From contig JBAZSV010000005.1 in the NCBI GenBank assembly GCA_041662265.1, positions 124,010-188,009 of the forward strand: a DNA stretch of 64,000 bases, written 5' to 3'. The DNA comes from Sulfurimonas sp. GTDB taxonomy: Bacteria; Campylobacterota; Campylobacteria; Campylobacterales; Sulfurimonadaceae. Of this stretch, positions 29,311-38,795 are shown piece after piece. The notes under the pieces were generated by a model. That model did no database searches and was not told where the DNA came from. It was given only the letters and a program-made list of their open reading frames with translations. Position 1 is the stretch's first letter, and the number at the start of each line of letters is the position of its first letter. The translations under genes and the position numbers were made by a program.

Positions 29311-30555
29311 TTAATATTCATCATATATTTTTTTAAATTTCAGACCATAATATATTGCTGCGCCCATAAGAGCCCCAAAGAAAAGAAAAAGTATATAATC
29401 CATAATAGAAAAGCTATCATCTCTCTCTCTTACTACTTCCTCAGGAGCTAAACTTGTCTCTTTTTTAGCAAGATTTTGAACTGCTTCATCTTGTTGTTCT
29501 GAATGAAATAATTTGAAAATAGCATCTAAAAATGTTGTTTTTTCGCTATTTACCTCTTCTTGTACTTTTTCTAGTTCAACTGTTGGCAATACAAGGGCTT
29601 GGTTGTTATCTTCGACAAGTGTTTGCACTGGTTGTGTTGCATTTGTTTCTTTTGTTATGTTTGTTTCTTTCATAGTAGGTTCAATCACTATTTCTGATAA
29701 AGTTATCTCTTTTTTAGGAGCTGAAATATTTGTATCCACTTTTTGTGGTTGTTTTGCTATCGCTGTTTTATTTGTATCTACTTTTTTTGGTTCTTCTTTT
29801 TTAGGAGGTTCGGCAACTAACTGTGTTTTATTTGTATCAACTTTTTTTACTTCTTCTTTTTTTTCAACAATTTCATTTGTTTGCATATAAGCTGCATCTG
29901 CGCCCGACCCATACGCTTCTTTAAATTTTGACCGTACTAATTTCATAGCATTTTCAAAAGATGATTGCTCTATGAAAGGCTCTGCACTTAGAATGTTATG
30001 TGTTCCAAGAGGACGCACATGAATCACAAATCCCTTCTCTTTTGACAAAGCAAAAAGTTCTTCGTATAAGGCATCTTTTTTAAATTCTTGAAATACTTTA
30101 TCAGCTCCTATTTTAGTTGAAAAAGTTCCCATCATAATTTTTTTAGGATAGCCTTGAGGAAAAACTTGCGTTGATACTACACCTTTTGTAAGTGGTTCAG
30201 ATTTTACAACTGGCTCAGTTTTTATGGTTTCAACAACTGTTTTTTCTATATTTATGGCAGTTGCTTTACTAAATATCGGTTGCACTAATTTTAGAGTTTC
30301 ATCTTCTATAAACTTATTTTTTATAGGCTCTGCAACGAGTTTCGTACTATTTCCAGAGGAAAGAGTATGAATCGTAAAACCATTTTCTTTTGCAATTAAA
30401 CTAAGCTTTTCGTAGATTGCATCACTTTTTAATTTTTGTAGTGCTGACTCTGCACTCTCTTTATCTTTAAAATTTTCCAAAACAATCTGCTTCATATATG
30501 CTTCTAAAGAGCTACTAATCCACAAAATCATCAAAGCCATAAATAAAATTTTCAT
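29311..30555 (-). CDS. Secreted/membrane-anchored protein with two SPOR-like internal repeats and a Lys/Glu/Pro-rich repeat region
   Basis: 414 aa with a signal peptide and two roughly 90-aa repeats (..ESALQKLKSDAIYEKLSLIAKENGFTIH.. / ..DKVFQEFKKDALYEELFALSKEKGFVIH..). It also has three KVDTN repeats and a C-terminal TM helix. Confidence 0.45.
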   Translation of the reverse strand: MKILFMALMILWISSSLEAYMKQIVLENFKDKESAESALQKLKSDAIYEKLSLIAKENGFTIHTLSSGNSTKLVAEPIKNKFIEDETLKLVQPIFSKATAINIEKTVVETIKTEPVVKSEPLTKGVVSTQVFPQGYPKKIMMGTFSTKIGADKVFQEFKKDALYEELFALSKEKGFVIHVRPLGTHNILSAEPFIEQSSFENAMKLVRSKFKEAYGSGADAAYMQTNEIVEKKEEVKKVDTNKTQLVAEPPKKEEPKKVDTNKTAIAKQPQKVDTNISAPKKEITLSEIVIEPTMKETNITKETNATQPVQTLVEDNNQALVLPTVELEKVQEEVNSEKTTFLDAIFKLFHSEQQDEAVQNLAKKETSLAPEEVVRERDDSFSIMDYILFLFFGALMGAAIYYGLKFKKIYDEY

Positions 30556-30668
30556 TTTAATTTTCCTTTAAAAATAAACTATTGAGGCAATTATACATTG
30601 AAAAACTAAAACAATTGATATCTTGTCCGATATGTATTCATACCTCTTAAAAATAAAAGGAGCAAATT

Positions 30669-31193
30669 ATGAACACTTCCTATGGCTTAAATGCTTATAC
30701 ATCTCATGACTTAAACATAAGTATGAAAACATCGAGTGGCGATGTAATAAAAATGGACTTTGCAAACAAACAAGAGCTTTCCATGAGTAGTGAAAAAAAT
30801 AAAAATGGTACAAAAGAGTCTCTTTCTTTCTCTTCCATGCAATCATTTCAATTTTCTATGACAGGCAATGGGATAGACGAACAAGACCAAAAAGAGATAG
30901 ACGCTTTTATGAAAACGGCAAAACCATTCATTGACTCATTTTTAAAAGAATTAGAGCAAGATGCACCAAAAACTCCAGTCACAAAACTGGCAAACAAGAT
31001 TGCAGATATTTTTGCACCAATGAAAGAAAAAGATGAAAACACTAAAAATCATGCGAAATCAAGCATTGTTAAGATGTTTGACAAGTCCATGAAACAGAGT
31101 GATTCAATGGAAAAAATATTTGAAGATGCAAAAAAACTACTAGAAAAAACACTTCAATCTTTTGATGCATTTAACAAAAACCTTTATGCCTAG
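30669..31193 (+). CDS. Hypothetical Ser/Asn/Lys-rich protein
   Basis: 174-aa ORF with an AAAGGAG RBS. No signal peptide and no recognisable domain. Confidence 0.5.
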   Translation: MNTSYGLNAYTSHDLNISMKTSSGDVIKMDFANKQELSMSSEKNKNGTKESLSFSSMQSFQFSMTGNGIDEQDQKEIDAFMKTAKPFIDSFLKELEQDAPKTPVTKLANKIADIFAPMKEKDENTKNHAKSSIVKMFDKSMKQSDSMEKIFEDAKKLLEKTLQSFDAFNKNLYA

Positions 31194-31243
31194 TTGTAGC
31201 TCAAGCTGATTTTTTTGGAATAGTACTTGCTTTGTAGAATGTT

Positions 31244-32392
31244 ATGAAATCAATTATATTTTTAATTTTATTTAGTATCACCGCTTTTGCTTCGCCTTTG
31301 TCAGATGTTCAAGGAAATTATGAACAACTTAACAAAGGTATAGACGCTATATCTTCAGATTTGTCTGCGGAGGAAAAAGTATCGCTTTACCTCCTAGTTT
31401 TAGCTACGCATGACAAAATTACAACTGCTTATGCACATAATGAAAAAAAGATTATTGGATTAACGGAAATAGAACAAGAAACTCTCAAAGTTTTTTCAAC
31501 TATTATTGAGCACAACAAAAAGTTACACAAAGTGGAAATTGAAAGTTTGCAAAGTCTTTACTCCCAAATGAATAAAAGTGCCTTAGAACTTCTGAAAAAT
31601 GATGTCAATTCCTCAAGTGATTCAACTCTACTATTCATAATTTTAGGAACTGTTGCTATCGTTTTAGCATTGGGTTCAATTGTATATTATTTTTTCCTAA
31701 AAACTCCAAACTCTACACTCATCCAATATACTCATAATGATGAGACTATAAATGATGAAATAAAATATAATGACATTTTCAGTGATGCGAATGAAGAAAA
31801 TACAAAACATGATGATACACATCATTATAATGAAAGCCATTATGATGATAACAATGAGGAAGAAGATAATAAAAATCTTTTAGCAAATTTACAAAAAATG
31901 CATGACAATGTTTTAAAAGAGGTAAAATCTTTAGAGCGTCAAAAAGAGTCTTGGCATGTGGAAGTTGAAAACACAAACGCTGAACTTAAAAATGAAAAAA
32001 TTACGCTCCTTCAAGAAGTTGAAGAACTTCAGGTAAAAATTTCAGAACTAAAAACTTCACAAGAAGTTCTTATGGATGAATTTCAGGGAAATTTAAAAGG
32101 TTTAAATCAACCAAATGATAGTGTTGCATTTAAAGAAAAATTAAACTTATTGCAACATCAAAGTCAAAGTGTATTTCACATTTTGGATACTATTTCAGAT
32201 ATTGCCGACCAAACAAATCTTTTAGCGCTTAACGCATCCATAGAAGCAGCACGAGCTGGAGAACACGGAAGAGGATTTGCAGTAGTAGCCGATGAAGTGA
32301 GAAATCTCGCAGAGAGAACGCAAAAAACACTTGACGAAGCGAAAGTAAATATATCGGGCATGGCGGATGCAATTTCGAGTTTAAAAAGCTAA
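31244..32392 (+). CDS. Methyl-accepting chemotaxis-like protein with short (truncated) signalling domain
   Basis: 382 aa with a signal/TM segment, a small periplasmic domain, a TM helix, a His/Asp/Asn-rich tract and a coiled coil. The MCP tip is [41 protein letters not shown], and only about 25 aa follow it. Confidence 0.7.
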   Translation: MKSIIFLILFSITAFASPLSDVQGNYEQLNKGIDAISSDLSAEEKVSLYLLVLATHDKITTAYAHNEKKIIGLTEIEQETLKVFSTIIEHNKKLHKVEIESLQSLYSQMNKSALELLKNDVNSSSDSTLLFIILGTVAIVLALGSIVYYFFLKTPNSTLIQYTHNDETINDEIKYNDIFSDANEENTKHDDTHHYNESHYDDNNEEEDNKNLLANLQKMHDNVLKEVKSLERQKESWHVEVENTNAELKNEKITLLQEVEELQVKISELKTSQEVLMDEFQGNLKGLNQPNDSVAFKEKLNLLQHQSQSVFHILDTISDIADQTNLLALNASIEAARAGEHGRGFAVVADEVRNLAERTQKTLDEAKVNISGMADAISSLKS

Positions 32393-32406
32393 GAATACTT
32401 AGAAAC

Positions 32407-32436
32407 TTGACATTGCATCTTCAATTAGTGTAAAAT
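32407..32436 (+). promoter_or_regulatory. Sigma70-type promoter candidate for rho
   Basis: TTGACA (32407-32412), an 18-nt spacer ending in TG, then TAAAAT (32431-32436), about 90 nt upstream of the rho ATG. Confidence 0.5.
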
Positions 32437-32526
32437 TGCGACATCAAAATAGATATTTACATATCTCAATATCCTCTCGTTTATGCATGATGCAAAAAAA
32501 TCCAAAAGAACTAAGGTGATTACTTA

Positions 32527-33894
32527 ATGAGTGAAAACAATTCACAAACAGAAACTCCAACACAAACAGTACCAACTCAACCGCGTAAGACTACAAAGCC
32601 AAACAACAAAACTCGTTCTCACACTCCTGTCAAAGGTGTAACAGTTGATGACCTTCGTACAAAAACAATCGAAGAGTTAGTAACTTTAGCAAATGAGCTC
32701 AATGTTGAACATCCAAATGAGTTAAAAAGACAAGATATTATCTTTGAAATTTTAAAGGCGCAAACGGAACAAGGCGGTTTTATTCTCTTTAGTGGAATTC
32801 TTGAAATCATGCAAGATGGGTATGGATTTATCCGTTCTATTGATAAAAGTTTTAACGAAAGTATCAATGATGCGTATGTTTCAAACACGCAGATTAAGAG
32901 ATTTGCACTAAGAAATGGGGATGTTGTAACAGGTCAAGTTCGCCCTCCAAAAGACCAAGAGAGATATTACGCACTTATTAAAATAGAAGCGGTCAATGGC
33001 TTACCACCTGAGGAGAGTAAAAAAAGACCTCTTTTTGAAAACCTTACTCCACTCTATCCACAAGAACAAATCAAACTAGAGTACAGAGAAAAAGGGCTTA
33101 TCGGTCGTATGATGGACTTATTTGCTCCTATTGGAAAAGGTCAGCGTGGACTTATTGTAGCCCCTCCAAGAAGTGGTAAAACTGAGCTTTTAAAAGAGAT
33201 TGCTCATGGAATTACCGCAAATCATCCTGACATAGATTTGATGGTTTTACTCGTAGATGAGCGACCTGAAGAGGTAACTGACATGGAAAGAAGCGTTAAA
33301 GGGGATGTGTATAGTTCCACTTTTGATATGCCTGCAAAAAACCATGTTAAAGTTGCTGAAATGGTTATAGAAAAAGCAAAAAGACGCGTTGAATTAGGTA
33401 AAGATGTAGTAATTCTTCTTGACTCTATCACCCGTCTAGCAAGGGCTTACAACACCGTAACACCTTCAAGTGGTAAAGTTCTCTCTGGTGGTGTGGATGC
33501 AAATGCACTTCACAAACCAAAACGCTTTTTTGGGGCAGCGAGAAATATTGAAAATGGCGGAAGTTTGACGATTATTGCAACTGCACTTGTGGATACTGGA
33601 AGTAAAATGGATGAAGTTATCTTTGAAGAGTTCAAAGGAACTGGCAACTCGGAAGTTGTTCTTGACCGCAAAATCGCTGAGAGACGCATTTTCCCTGCTA
33701 TCGACATCCTTAAATCTGGTACAAGAAAAGATGATTTACTTATCGGTCCTGATGTTTTACAAAAAGTATTTATTCTTCGTCAGATGATTCATAAACAAGA
33801 CAATGAAATCGAAGCACTCAAATTTGTTTACACAACTATGGGCAAAAAAGCGACGAATGCAGAGTTCTTAGAAAGTATGAATACGAACCAATAA
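32527..33894 (+). CDS. rho: Transcription termination factor Rho
   Basis: 455 aa with an N-terminal extension, a CSD-like RNA-binding domain, Walker [16 protein letters not shown], and [13 protein letters not shown]. Confidence 0.95.
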   Translation: MSENNSQTETPTQTVPTQPRKTTKPNNKTRSHTPVKGVTVDDLRTKTIEELVTLANELNVEHPNELKRQDIIFEILKAQTEQGGFILFSGILEIMQDGYGFIRSIDKSFNESINDAYVSNTQIKRFALRNGDVVTGQVRPPKDQERYYALIKIEAVNGLPPEESKKRPLFENLTPLYPQEQIKLEYREKGLIGRMMDLFAPIGKGQRGLIVAPPRSGKTELLKEIAHGITANHPDIDLMVLLVDERPEEVTDMERSVKGDVYSSTFDMPAKNHVKVAEMVIEKAKRRVELGKDVVILLDSITRLARAYNTVTPSSGKVLSGGVDANALHKPKRFFGAARNIENGGSLTIIATALVDTGSKMDEVIFEEFKGTGNSEVVLDRKIAERRIFPAIDILKSGTRKDDLLIGPDVLQKVFILRQMIHKQDNEIEALKFVYTTMGKKATNAEFLESMNTNQ

Positions 33895-33897
33895 ACT

Positions 33898-34641
33898 ATG
33901 AAACTAGGTGTATTTGATAGCGGAATTGGCGGACTTACAGTTGTAAAATCACTTCTTGAGCATGAGCTTTTTGAAGAGATTATCTACTTTGGAGACACCG
34001 CGCGTGTTCCTTATGGTATCAAAGACAAAAACACAATCATTCGTTATGCCATAGAAGCCGTCGAGTTTTTCAAGAACTTTGAACTTGACCTCATCATAGT
34101 CGCTTGTAACACCGTCAGTGCGTATGCCCTCGATGAAATGCGTGAGAGTTCCACATGCCCTGTTATTGGAGTGGTGGAGTCTGGTGTACTTGCAACTTCC
34201 AATGCACTCAAAGACAAAAACTCAAATATTCTTATTTTAGGTACAAAAGCAACCGTAAACTCAAAAGCGTATGAAACAAGTCTTCATAAACAAGGGTTTG
34301 TAAACTTACAAGCAAAAGCAACAGGTTTGTTTGTTCCGATGGTTGAAGAGGGAATTTATGAGGGCGAAATTTTGGATGCTACACTTAAACACTATTTCAA
34401 AGATTTAGAAGTTCCACATGCCGTGATTTTAGGCTGTACCCATTTTCCTCTCATCTCAGATGCTCTACAAAATTATTTTGGCAAAGAGACTCTTTTGATT
34501 CATTCAGGCGACGCAATTGTTGAACACTTAGAAAGAGAGTTTTCATTTGAAACAAAATATAAAAATCCAAAACTCAAATTTTTCGCTTCAGAAAATCCAG
34601 AAGCCCTAAGAAGTGTTGCAAAGATGTGGCTCAATCTCTAA
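33898..34641 (+). CDS. murI: Glutamate racemase
   Basis: GVFDSGIGGLTV, ACNTVSA and GCTHFP catalytic Cys motifs. Confidence 0.9.
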   Translation: MKLGVFDSGIGGLTVVKSLLEHELFEEIIYFGDTARVPYGIKDKNTIIRYAIEAVEFFKNFELDLIIVACNTVSAYALDEMRESSTCPVIGVVESGVLATSNALKDKNSNILILGTKATVNSKAYETSLHKQGFVNLQAKATGLFVPMVEEGIYEGEILDATLKHYFKDLEVPHAVILGCTHFPLISDALQNYFGKETLLIHSGDAIVEHLEREFSFETKYKNPKLKFFASENPEALRSVAKMWLNL

Positions 34642-34701
34642 AATAATCTCTAAAATAATTTCTGTAATCATTTTGCAATTGTTTCATTATAAAATTTCTG
34701 T

Positions 34702-36459
34702 ATGCAAAACACATTACCCAAAATATGGTTAGACAATTTAAAAGTTTTAGATATAGCCTTTCAACCAATTATAAATATCCATACTGGCAGGATTTACGCC
34801 GTTGAAGCACTCCTGAGAAATTATAAAAAAGTAGGTTTTGACTCTATTTTCGCACTCTTTGACCAAGTCTATAAAGAACATCTGCTCTACTCTTTTGATA
34901 TAGCTTTGCGAGAAAAAGCTATACAAAAATTTACAAAAATAGACAATTTTAGAAATATTAAACTCTTTTATAACCTCGATAATCGCTTATTTGAAATGCC
35001 TGACTTTTCCAACGGCAACACAAATCAACTGCTAAAAAAATATGATATAAAAAAAGATAACATCTGCTTTGAAATTTCAGAAAGACATGAAATATCGAGT
35101 GATTGCAATATGGAACAAGTTCTTATGCACTACAAAGATGAAAATTTTTGTATTGCCATTGATGATTTTGGAGTTGGCTATTCTGGATATAAGCTTCTCT
35201 ACGACAGCACACCTGATGTTATAAAAATAGACAGATTCTTTTTGACTGACATAGAAAAAGATGCAAAGAAAAAACTTATGGTTCGAAGTATCACGCATCT
35301 CGCTATTCAACTTGGCATAAAGGTCATTGCAGAGGGCGTTGAAACAAAAGAAGAACTCCTTGTATGTAAAGATATTGGTTGCCATTTGGTGCAAGGCTAT
35401 TTAGTTCAAAAACCAACATTAAACACAAACGAAATAGTTAAAAAATATCAAAATATTACAGATTTGATTACACATGACAAAAGAGAAGAAAACAAGTACA
35501 AAATAGACACTTATCTCGATAAAATAAAACCTATATTTATAGAATCAAAAATGAATGAAGTGATAGACTACTTTAAAAAACACCCAGATATCTCCACAAT
35601 GCCTGTAATAAATTCAAATAATGAGCCTATAGGAATCGTTCAAGAAAACATTATAAAAGAGTTTTTATACTCACATTATGGCAAGTCACTTTTACTCAAT
35701 GATGGCACAAAAAAATCAAAACTTAAAAACTTAATCACGCCTTGTGGCATAGCAGATATCAACAGTGATATTGCAACTCTTATAGAACTCTTTTCAAATA
35801 ATCCTGAGTCTGTAGGAATAATTCTTACAAATAACTCTAAATATTACGGCTATCTCTCTGCAAGAGCCATCATTACGCTTATGAATGAAGAAAATTTACT
35901 TTTTGCAAGAGAGCAAAACCCTCTCACAAAACTTCCTGGAAATACAATGATAGAAAAATATATTTCAAATATAGCAACAAATCAAGACTCTTACTTGTTA
36001 TGTTATTTTGATTTAGACAACTTTAAAGCATTCAACGATGTGTATGGTTTTAGAAATGGAGACAGAGTTATTCTCCTTTTTGCAGATATTTTGAGAAAAC
36101 ATTTACCGCAAGAGTTTTTTAAAGCACACATCGGCGGTGATGACTTTTTTGTGGCAGTACAGAACAAAGGTGAAGATGAATATTTGTATATTAAAAAAAT
36201 ACTCAAAGTAATAACAAAATTTACGCAAGATGCCAAAGATTTCTACTCTCAAGAAGACAAAAAAAGAGGTTTTATCGTAGCCAAAGATAGAGATGAAAAC
36301 ATAAAAGAGTTTCCTATGCTTACCGTAAGTGCGTCCATCGTTCTCATCCTAGAAAAAACAAAAAATAGATTCTCAAAAAATATAAATGAAGTTTTATCTT
36401 CACAAAAAAAAGTTGCGAAACATGAATACAACCACCTCTCTATAAGCACTCTCTTGTAA
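34702..36459 (+). CDS. EAL phosphodiesterase - CBS pair - GGDEF-like (GGDDF) multidomain c-di-GMP protein
   Basis: EAL motifs (AVEALLR, EISER, IAIDDFGVGYSG, KIDRFF, IAEGVET, VQGY), a central CBS-like region, and a C-terminal DLDNFKAFNDVYGFRNGD...HIGGDDFFV. Confidence 0.8.
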   Translation: MQNTLPKIWLDNLKVLDIAFQPIINIHTGRIYAVEALLRNYKKVGFDSIFALFDQVYKEHLLYSFDIALREKAIQKFTKIDNFRNIKLFYNLDNRLFEMPDFSNGNTNQLLKKYDIKKDNICFEISERHEISSDCNMEQVLMHYKDENFCIAIDDFGVGYSGYKLLYDSTPDVIKIDRFFLTDIEKDAKKKLMVRSITHLAIQLGIKVIAEGVETKEELLVCKDIGCHLVQGYLVQKPTLNTNEIVKKYQNITDLITHDKREENKYKIDTYLDKIKPIFIESKMNEVIDYFKKHPDISTMPVINSNNEPIGIVQENIIKEFLYSHYGKSLLLNDGTKKSKLKNLITPCGIADINSDIATLIELFSNNPESVGIILTNNSKYYGYLSARAIITLMNEENLLFAREQNPLTKLPGNTMIEKYISNIATNQDSYLLCYFDLDNFKAFNDVYGFRNGDRVILLFADILRKHLPQEFFKAHIGGDDFFVAVQNKGEDEYLYIKKILKVITKFTQDAKDFYSQEDKKRGFIVAKDRDENIKEFPMLTVSASIVLILEKTKNRFSKNINEVLSSQKKVAKHEYNHLSISTLL

Positions 36460-36506
36460 TTTGATGATACTTTAACTCTTTACATGTTAAAATCTTCTAC
36501 CTAAAA

Positions 36507-38339
36507 ATGGAGCGTGATGAAGTGAGAGAGAGTTCAGAGGTATTAGCTAGAAAATATAGACCGTCCAACTTTGATGAACTTATAGGGCAAGAGACTATCG
36601 CGCAAACTCTCTCCCTCGCACTCGACTCCAACCGACTTTCTCATGCCTATCTTTTTTCAGGTCTTCGTGGAAGCGGTAAAACTTCCACCGCACGAATCTT
36701 CGCAAAAGCTCTTATTTGTGAGAAAGGTGTGGCGCATAAGCCATGTGGAACTTGTGCGAACTGCGTTCAAGCTCTTGATGGTCGTCACATGGATATTGTA
36801 GAGATGGATGCTGCTTCAAATCGTGGGATTGACGATATCCGTGACCTTGTTGAGCAGACAAAATACAAACCATCCACGGCAAGATTTAAAATCTTCATCA
36901 TCGATGAAGTCCATATGCTCACACCTCAAGCATTTAATGCACTTCTAAAAACGCTTGAAGAACCGCCCTCTTATGTAAAGTTTATACTTGCAACGACTGA
37001 CCCGCTCAAACTTCCAGCAACTATTTTAAGCCGTACGCAACACTTTAGATTTAAAAGTATTGCTACAAATAAAATCGCAGACCATTTAGCGCACATCCTT
37101 AACTTAGAAAAAATTGCGTATGAAAGTGATGCACTTGAAATACTCGCACGAAGTGGAAGTGGAAGTTTAAGAGACACTCTGACCATGCTTGACCAAGCTA
37201 TAATCTACTCAAAAAATCATGTCGATGTTAAAACCGTAACCGATATGCTAGGACTTGTTGACCCTAAATTTATAGCGGATTTATTTAGTGCTGTTTTTGC
37301 AAAAGATTATGGACAGTTGGTTGAATATACAAAAATTTTAGAAGATTATGAGCCTGAAATGGTTGTGGATGAGCTTATCGCCTACCTCAAAGAACGCATG
37401 TACAATCACGACTCACTCTTTTCGACTCTTGTTTTAGACAGATTTTTTAGAATTTTAAGTGACTCAAAATATCTTTTTAGTGTGAATGCAAATGGCTCTT
37501 TTGTTCTCTCGCTCATATTTTTCAAAATGATAGAAGCGCTTCGCATCAAAGAGATTGACCAGATGATAGAATCACTGCAAAAAGAGATTCAAAGACCTGC
37601 CATAGAAACACTTCACGCCATAGTGCAACACCATAAAAGTGCTTCATTACCGACACAAACCGACGATACAAAACCAGAAGAAGAAAAACAAGTACAGACA
37701 GTTCCACATGCCGAAATAAATCCACATGCCAAAGAAGAAGAGATACAAATTCCAATCGAAGATATAAAAGAAGAAACAGTTCCACATGCCATAATAAATC
37801 CACATGCCAAGACTTTTGAAATTTTAGTGCATAAAATCCAAGATAGAAACTATGAACTTGCCGAATGTTTTACTCAAAGCGTAACATTTATATCTTATGA
37901 AAACGGTGTTTTGTCGTGGGAAAGTTGTGCAGATGAAAAATGTAAACAAGCACTCAAACATGGCTATACAGTTATAAGACAGTTTGTAAGAGAGGTGTTC
38001 GGCTTTGAAACAACCATCAAAGGTTTACCTTGTTCCAAAGTGATAGAAGAAAAAAAAAATGATGTAATTCCAGAAATAGCCTCATACACTCCCTCGCAAT
38101 CTGCATCACAAGAGACAACTCTTAAGCAGACGGAGCAGTTCCACATGCCAACTCCACAAAGCAGTTCCATGATAGAAGATGCAGAAATAGGCGCAAATGC
38201 GAGTTGTGTCAGCAACTGCTCAGAGGGTGACGAAGCAACTAAAGAAATAAACGGCACAGATATAATAGAAGAGCCAATGGTTCAAAAAGCAATAGAACTT
38301 TTTGAAGCAAAAAAAGTGACAATCCAATCTAAGATTTAG
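36507..38339 (+). CDS. dnaX: DNA polymerase III subunit tau/gamma
   Basis: Walker A GLRGSGKTS, zinc module CGTCANC and IIDEVHML. A variable linker follows, then a C-terminal domain. 610 aa. Confidence 0.9.
   Translation: MERDEVRESSEVLARKYRPSNFDELIGQETIAQTLSLALDSNRLSHAYLFSGLRGSGKTSTARIFAKALICEKGVAHKPCGTCANCVQALDGRHMDIVEMDAASNRGIDDIRDLVEQTKYKPSTARFKIFIIDEVHMLTPQAFNALLKTLEEPPSYVKFILATTDPLKLPATILSRTQHFRFKSIATNKIADHLAHILNLEKIAYESDALEILARSGSGSLRDTLTMLDQAIIYSKNHVDVKTVTDMLGLVDPKFIADLFSAVFAKDYGQLVEYTKILEDYEPEMVVDELIAYLKERMYNHDSLFSTLVLDRFFRILSDSKYLFSVNANGSFVLSLIFFKMIEALRIKEIDQMIESLQKEIQRPAIETLHAIVQHHKSASLPTQTDDTKPEEEKQVQTVPHAEINPHAKEEEIQIPIEDIKEETVPHAIINPHAKTFEILVHKIQDRNYELAECFTQSVTFISYENGVLSWESCADEKCKQALKHGYTVIRQFVREVFGFETTIKGLPCSKVIEEKKNDVIPEIASYTPSQSASQETTLKQTEQFHMPTPQSSSMIEDAEIGANASCVSNCSEGDEATKEINGTDIIEEPMVQKAIELFEAKKVTIQSKI
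37701..37809 (+). repeat. Duplicated 31-nt module in the dnaX linker, each copy carrying two abundant-motif copies
   Basis: 37701-37731 gTTCCACATGCCgaaataaaTCCACATGCCAaa and 37779-37809 gTTCCACATGCCataataaaTCCACATGCCAag match at 28 of 31 positions, with a 78-nt period. They encode VPHAEINPHAK and VPHAIINPHAK. Confidence 0.9.
38050..38059 (+). other. A10 homopolymer (slippery run) inside dnaX
   Basis: GAA GAA AAA AAA AAT GAT GTA A. The -1 frame hits TGA (38060-38062) after one extra Lys. The +1 frame reads ATG ATG TAA (stop at 38065-38067). Confidence 0.8.
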
Positions 38340-38360
38340 CAGATTTTTTTATAAATCTGC
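38339..38360 (+). terminator. Hairpin at the dnaX stop (GCAGATTT-ttttat-AAATCTGC), a weak terminator candidate between convergent genes
   Basis: 8-bp perfect stem starting in the dnaX TAG. No downstream T-run, and the right arm lies in the 3-prime end of the convergent HTH gene. Confidence 0.3.
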
Positions 38361-38567
38361 AAAAAATATCTCACCAGCGCAAAGTTTCTCTTTCTGACAA
38401 AAAACCAATATATTTGCATACGGCATAGAATTTCTACGCTTCAGCGTTGCAAAATTTGCTTGAGAAATCTCTAAAGCATCTGCAATATCTTTATCTAATA
38501 TTTTTATCTTTTTATCCGCAGATAAATATTTTTTCAACTCTTTTATAACATCACAAAAATCTCTCAT
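38349..38567 (-). CDS. Small phage-CI-repressor-like HTH protein
   Basis: 72 aa. ILDKDIADALEISQANFATLKRRNSMPYANILVFCQKE resembles the Phage_CI_repr HTH pattern. Confidence 0.5.
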   Translation of the reverse strand: MRDFCDVIKELKKYLSADKKIKILDKDIADALEISQANFATLKRRNSMPYANILVFCQKEKLCAGEIFFADL

Positions 38568-38620
38568 AAGAACTCTCTTTTATCAATTTAAACGCAATAT
38601 ATCAAAAGAAATTCAACTCA

Positions 38621-38651
38621 AGCAAAAGTATTGCAGTTTGCTATTTTTTTT
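38621..38651 (+). terminator. Orphan terminator-like hairpin plus T8 run in the HTH/HDOD intergenic region
   Basis: AGCAAA-agtattgcag-TTTGCT followed by A and TTTTTTTT (38644-38651). No annotated plus-strand gene ends here. Confidence 0.3.
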
Positions 38652-38795
38652 AAAATCATCACGCTAAAAAGTTCTAAAAGTTCACTTTTCACACATTTTT
38701 GTAACATTTTTTACAAATCACAAAAAAAAATAATGATTTTTACTAACAATACTCTATAATCCTCTAAGATAGTTTAGATTATTTTGGAGAAATGA

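Noticed and set aside
37701-37809. Possible CRISPR-like or minisatellite array in dnaX
   Set aside because: Only two module copies are present, inside an intact reading frame. There are no unique spacers of regular length and no cas genes in the window.
38349-38567. CI-repressor-like HTH gene as a sign of a prophage or mobile island
   Set aside because: No integrase, recombinase, phage structural gene, att-like repeat or tRNA lies nearby. The flanking genes are core housekeeping (dnaX) and signalling genes.
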